This document shows positions 60,113 through 64,000 of a DNA stretch of 64,000 nucleotides, one piece after another. This stretch comes from Lysobacterales bacterium (GTDB taxonomy: Bacteria > Pseudomonadota > Gammaproteobacteria > Xanthomonadales > SZUA-38): contig CBDBVC010000013.1 of the NCBI GenBank assembly GCA_965212525.1, positions 27,522-91,521 of the forward strand, read 5' to 3'. Position numbers and translations under genes: made by a program. The notes under the pieces were generated by a model. The model was not told the DNA's origin. It saw only the letters and a program-made list of their open reading frames with translations, and ran no database searches. Position 1 is the first letter of the stretch; each line of letters opens with the position of its first letter.

Positions 60113-60601
60113 ATGACAAACACGGCGAACACCGGAAGAATCAGAATCATACTGCTTGCTATGGTCGGCTCACTTCTGCTGACTGCCTGCACTTCGCAGG
60201 GCGGACCGAAGGCCGGCCAGCGTTATGCCATACTTCAGACGGGCGACAGCCGTCTGGCTCAACAGATATTCCCTGTCGAGATTTACAACATCGATGGCGA
60301 GGAACAGAACACCGGCTTTGTCGACAACAACAACCTCAATCGTATCCGTGTACAGCGCCCGATTCGTCATATAGAACCCGGCCTGCATACCATCAAGGCC
60401 CGAGCCGTGGTTGACCGCCGTTACGTTCCGGGACTGACGCGTGATCTTTCCAGTGGAAAAATCAAGCCACTCACCCATCGCTTCATGTCCGGCAAGCGCT
60501 ATTTCATTGGCCTCAAGGCCGACAGTGCGCGCTCTGCAGACTGGGAACTGGTGATCTGGAAAGAGGAAGCTGTGGAACAGGGACTGGTTGATCTGGATTG
60601 A
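60113..60601 (+). CDS. Hypothetical lipoprotein
   Basis: GAGGA RBS; lipobox LLTAC; IDG...IEPGLHT...GKRYFI beta-rich domain. Confidence 0.75.
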   Translation: MTNTANTGRIRIILLAMVGSLLLTACTSQGGPKAGQRYAILQTGDSRLAQQIFPVEIYNIDGEEQNTGFVDNNNLNRIRVQRPIRHIEPGLHTIKARAVVDRRYVPGLTRDLSSGKIKPLTHRFMSGKRYFIGLKADSARSADWELVIWKEEAVEQGLVDLD

Positions 60602-60636
60602 GACTTTCGATGCCGGGAACATTGCCCGGCTGACTG

Positions 60637-61782
60637 TCAGAGAAATCGCTCGGTGATCTCGTTGAGAAAGTTTCTGCCCCGAATGCTGGTTCGTATGGCG
60701 CCATTCTCATGTTCGAGCATGTCATCTTCGAGCAGCGCCCTCCACGGTTGACAGTCCGGATCCAGAGACAGGCCGGTACGTTGCTCGAACAGAGCAGTGT
60801 CAAAGCCGTCATTGAGCCTCAACGCATTGAGTACAAACTCGAAACGCAAGTCATCTTCTGACAACAGACGTGTCTCGACGGTCCGCTCGGAAGCACTGGC
60901 CTGTAGCCAGCGAGCCGGATGCCGCTGCTTCAGGGTTCGCCTGATGCACTGTTCGGCACCCGAGGTGATCTTGCCATGTGCGCCGGCACCAATGCCCAGA
61001 TAATCACCGAATTGCCAGTAGTTCAGATTGTGACGACAGACATCATCGGCCGATGCGTACGCCGAAACCTCGTATTGAACAAACCCGGCCTGCTCGATCA
61101 GCTGCTGACATGCTTCCTGGCTGATCCAGGCCTCATCATGCTGCGGCAGCACCGGTGGTCTGGCATGAAACAGGGTGTTGGGTTCGATAGTCAGTTGATA
61201 GTGGGACAGATGTGACACAGGCAGTGACAGGGCACGACGAACATCATCGCAGGCCTGCTCGACTGACTGACCCGGCAGGGCATACATCAGGTCGATATTG
61301 ATCCGCTCGAAACCACCTTCTCTGGCCCTGTTCACGGCAAGTTCGGCCTCATCTGCCGAGTGAATCCTGCCGATCTTTGACAACAGTGCATCATTGAAGC
61401 TCTGCACACCGATAGACAAGCGGTTGATGCCGGCCGAATGAAACTCGTCCATGGGTGCGTACTCAAGCGTGCCCGGATTCGCTTCCATTGTGATTTCGGC
61501 CTCCGGTTTCAGCGGCAGCCGGGCACGAACACCCGACAGCAGACGGTCCATGGCCGTTGGTGAAAAAAGACTGGGCGTGCCGCCGCCCATGAAGACGGTC
61601 GAAACGGTCCGCCCCCAGACCAGCGGCAGATCTGATTCCAGATCATCGAGCAGCGCGTCAATGTATTCCTTCTCGGGGATCTCTCCCTTGAGCTGGTGTG
61701 AATTGAAATCACAATAGGGACACTTTCTGACACACCAGGGGAAATGGATATACAGGCCGAGCGGTGGGGGCATCAGTTGCAT
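60637..61782 (-). CDS. hemW: Radical SAM family heme chaperone HemW (YggW)
   Basis: YIHFPWCVRKCPYCDFN, GGGTPS, HNLNYW. Confidence 0.95.
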   Translation of the reverse strand: MQLMPPPLGLYIHFPWCVRKCPYCDFNSHQLKGEIPEKEYIDALLDDLESDLPLVWGRTVSTVFMGGGTPSLFSPTAMDRLLSGVRARLPLKPEAEITMEANPGTLEYAPMDEFHSAGINRLSIGVQSFNDALLSKIGRIHSADEAELAVNRAREGGFERINIDLMYALPGQSVEQACDDVRRALSLPVSHLSHYQLTIEPNTLFHARPPVLPQHDEAWISQEACQQLIEQAGFVQYEVSAYASADDVCRHNLNYWQFGDYLGIGAGAHGKITSGAEQCIRRTLKQRHPARWLQASASERTVETRLLSEDDLRFEFVLNALRLNDGFDTALFEQRTGLSLDPDCQPWRALLEDDMLEHENGAIRTSIRGRNFLNEITERFL

Positions 61783-61799
61783 GGCAGTCAGCTGGAGTT

Positions 61800-62399
61800 T
61801 CAGACCCGTTGATGTTCGATCTGCTCGAGCAGCAAATCTATGGCCTGGCCTCTGTGCGACAGGCGATTCTTGGTGTCGGCATCCAGCTCGGCGCTGGTAC
61901 AGCCGAGTTCTGAAAGATGGAACAGCGGATCATAGCCAAATCCGCCCTGGCCGGATGCCTGTGTCACGATCTCACCATGCCACTGGGCCTGAACCGTCAA
62001 CGGTAGCGGGTCGGTGTGACTGGCGATGAGCACCAGGACACAGCAGAAGCTGGCTCTACGATCCTCGATGCCATTCATCGCCTGCAACAGGCGACGGTTA
62101 TTGGCGGCGTCATCACTGGGTTCACCAGCATACCGAGCCGACCGGACCCCCGGATCGCCAGCCAGTGCTTCAACCCTCAGACCCGAGTCGTCTGCCAGCA
62201 CCGGATAATCGCATACCGCAGCCACCGCACGGGCCTTCAGAATGGCGTTTTCGATGAATGTGCTGCCCGTTTCTTCCACCTCACCGTCGAAAAATTCGGT
62301 CTGAGGCAGCAGCGTGATACCGGCCGGTTCAAGCCGCTGACGGAACTCCCTGATCTTGCCGGCATTGCCTGAAGCCAGTACCCAGGTGGTCTTACTCAT
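61800..62399 (-). CDS. rdgB: Non-canonical purine NTP pyrophosphatase RdgB
   Basis: [31 protein letters not shown]. Confidence 0.97.
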   Translation of the reverse strand: MSKTTWVLASGNAGKIREFRQRLEPAGITLLPQTEFFDGEVEETGSTFIENAILKARAVAAVCDYPVLADDSGLRVEALAGDPGVRSARYAGEPSDDAANNRRLLQAMNGIEDRRASFCCVLVLIASHTDPLPLTVQAQWHGEIVTQASGQGGFGYDPLFHLSELGCTSAELDADTKNRLSHRGQAIDLLLEQIEHQRV

Positions 62400-63108
62400 C
62401 TAGCGAGGCCTGCTGAGCCTTGATCAGTTCGCCAATGCCCTTGTCTGCCAGTGCGATCAGTCGATCCAGCTCGTCACGATGGAAGGCATGGCCCTCGGCC
62501 GTTCCCTGGATTTCGATGAATGCACCGGCATCATTCATGACCACATTCATGTCCGTCTCCGCGTTGGAGTCCTCGGCATAGTCCAGGTCGAGTACCGGCT
62601 CATCGCCGAATATGCCAACCGAAACGGCAGCAACTGATCCGTGAATCGGATTGCTCTTGATCTTGCCTTCCCGAACCATCCAGCGTGTGGCATCCACCAG
62701 CGCAACAAAGGCACCGGTGATGGCCGCAGTACGCGTGCCGCCATCGGCCTGCAACACATCACAATCAACCGTGATACTGTGATCTGCAATCGCTTCCAGA
62801 TCGACCACGGCACGCAGCGAGCGCGCAATCAGCCGCTGGATTTCAAGTGTTCGCCCCCCCTGTTTACCGCGCGAAGCCTCACGCTGAACACGGGTATGGG
62901 TGGAACGGGGCAACAGGCTGTATTCGGCAGTTACCCAGCCCTTGCCTGAGCCACGCAGGAACGGTGGCACCCGTTCTTCGACACTGGCATTGCACAGTAC
63001 ACGGGTATTACCGCAACTGATCAGTACCGAGCCTTCGGCATGCATGGTGAAATTGCGCTCGATGCTGATCGCTCTGAGTTCATCTGGCTGTCGTCCGCTG
63101 GGCCGCAT
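62392..63108 (-). CDS. rph: Ribonuclease PH
   Basis: [41 protein letters not shown]. Confidence 0.98.
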   Translation of the reverse strand: MRPSGRQPDELRAISIERNFTMHAEGSVLISCGNTRVLCNASVEERVPPFLRGSGKGWVTAEYSLLPRSTHTRVQREASRGKQGGRTLEIQRLIARSLRAVVDLEAIADHSITVDCDVLQADGGTRTAAITGAFVALVDATRWMVREGKIKSNPIHGSVAAVSVGIFGDEPVLDLDYAEDSNAETDMNVVMNDAGAFIEIQGTAEGHAFHRDELDRLIALADKGIGELIKAQQASLDE

Positions 63109-63234
63109 TCTGTTTCCTTCCTGTTGTGGTGCCGGGTGAGTGACCGCAACGCGCTGTGACCGGGCACAGGCTGTTATCGATCTCGGGTGACTGTTACCAT
63201 AGCAGCATGACAACTGCACAGGCCGTGTCTTGAC

Positions 63235-64000
63235 ATGATATTCAGCATGACTGCGTTTGCCGCAGCCAGCAAAAACACACCATGGGGTATTCTAAGCCTA
63301 GAAGTTCGCAGTGTTAACCACCGATTCCTCGAAATGTCGCTGAAACTGCCGGATGAACTGCGTCAGCTTGATCCGGCAATACGTCAGGCGGTCAAGGCAG
63401 AGCTCGCGCGGGGCAAACTCGATATCAGCCTGAAGTTCTCGCGACTGGCCGCAGAAGAGAATCAGAACCTGAGTCTGAACAAGTCACTGGCTGCCAGTCT
63501 CAATGCGCTGGCAGAGAATGCACGCGAACTGTTTCCCGACAGTCGTACGCCGAGCCTGACCGACTGGCTGCAGTGGCCCGGACTGGTGGAAGAACCGACG
63601 ATAGACATGGAGCAGCTTGGCGATGCCGTACTGGAAACTGTGGGCAAGGCCATCGGCGATCTGAAGGCCATGCGCCAGCGGGAAGGTGGCCAGCTCGAAT
63701 CCATGATCGCTGAGCGGCTCGATGAAGTCGCGACACTGGCCGATGAGGTCACCGGACTGTTGCCTGAACTGAGGCAGCTGCAGAAAGCACGACTGGATGA
63801 CAAGGTCAGCACACTGGCGTCCAGGGTTGACCCGGACCGGCTTGAACAGGAGCTGGCCATCGTGCTGCAGAAACTGGATATCGATGAGGAAATAGACCGA
63901 TTGCGGGCTCATCTGGTCGAGATCAGACGCACACTGGAACTGGACAAGCCCGTCGGGCGTCGGCTCGATTTCCTGATGCAGGAACTGCACCGCGAGGCCA
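63235..64000 (+). CDS. yicC: YicC/YloC family endoribonuclease (runs off the right edge)
   Basis: Not in the ORF track; manual translation MIFSMTAFA...[11 protein letters not shown]...RGKLD...[11 protein letters not shown]...[15 protein letters not shown]. Confidence 0.95.
   Translation, partial: MIFSMTAFAAASKNTPWGILSLEVRSVNHRFLEMSLKLPDELRQLDPAIRQAVKAELARGKLDISLKFSRLAAEENQNLSLNKSLAASLNALAENARELFPDSRTPSLTDWLQWPGLVEEPTIDMEQLGDAVLETVGKAIGDLKAMRQREGGQLESMIAERLDEVATLADEVTGLLPELRQLQKARLDDKVSTLASRVDPDRLEQELAIVLQKLDIDEEIDRLRAHLVEIRRTLELDKPVGRRLDFLMQELHREA

Noticed and set aside
63462-63990. Minus-strand ORFs at the right edge
   Set aside because: Antisense to yicC, which is open from 63235 to the window end

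Overview
GC-rich chromosomal segment of a gammaproteobacterium. Gene order (yihA-cytochrome c4-dsbA-dsbA-EEP nuclease; hemW-rdgB-rph/yicC) suggests a Xanthomonadales-like lineage, which is an inference. Most genes are housekeeping (speE, glmU, dtd, glnA, srkA, xthA, prlC, aroE, hemB, engB, rdgB, rph). No rRNA, tRNA, CRISPR array, transposase or prophage was seen. Highlights: (1) 1-8919, a complete TtpB/TtpC-type TonB system with a TonB-dependent receptor, divergent from a secreted beta-helix-like protein, with Pho-box-like 11-bp-periodic repeats facing both ways; this is a candidate phosphate-starvation uptake system of unknown substrate. (2) A candidate structured sRNA with promoter and terminator at about 10011-10150, and a triple-hairpin element at 28192-28379. 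(3) An HD protein with motif order resembling class I cyclic-nucleotide phosphodiesterases. (4) A putative low-oxygen stress module at about 37000-46045 (FNR-like box, MacB-type ABC exporter, zinc-finger-less DksA/TraR-like protein, two USPs, FixL/FixJ-like pair, Hsp20 with an in-frame amber codon) with a shared 15-bp upstream motif. (5) A 3-hydroxyproline utilisation gene pair next to a perfect CRP/Clp site. All calls come from reading the sequence; no database searches were run.
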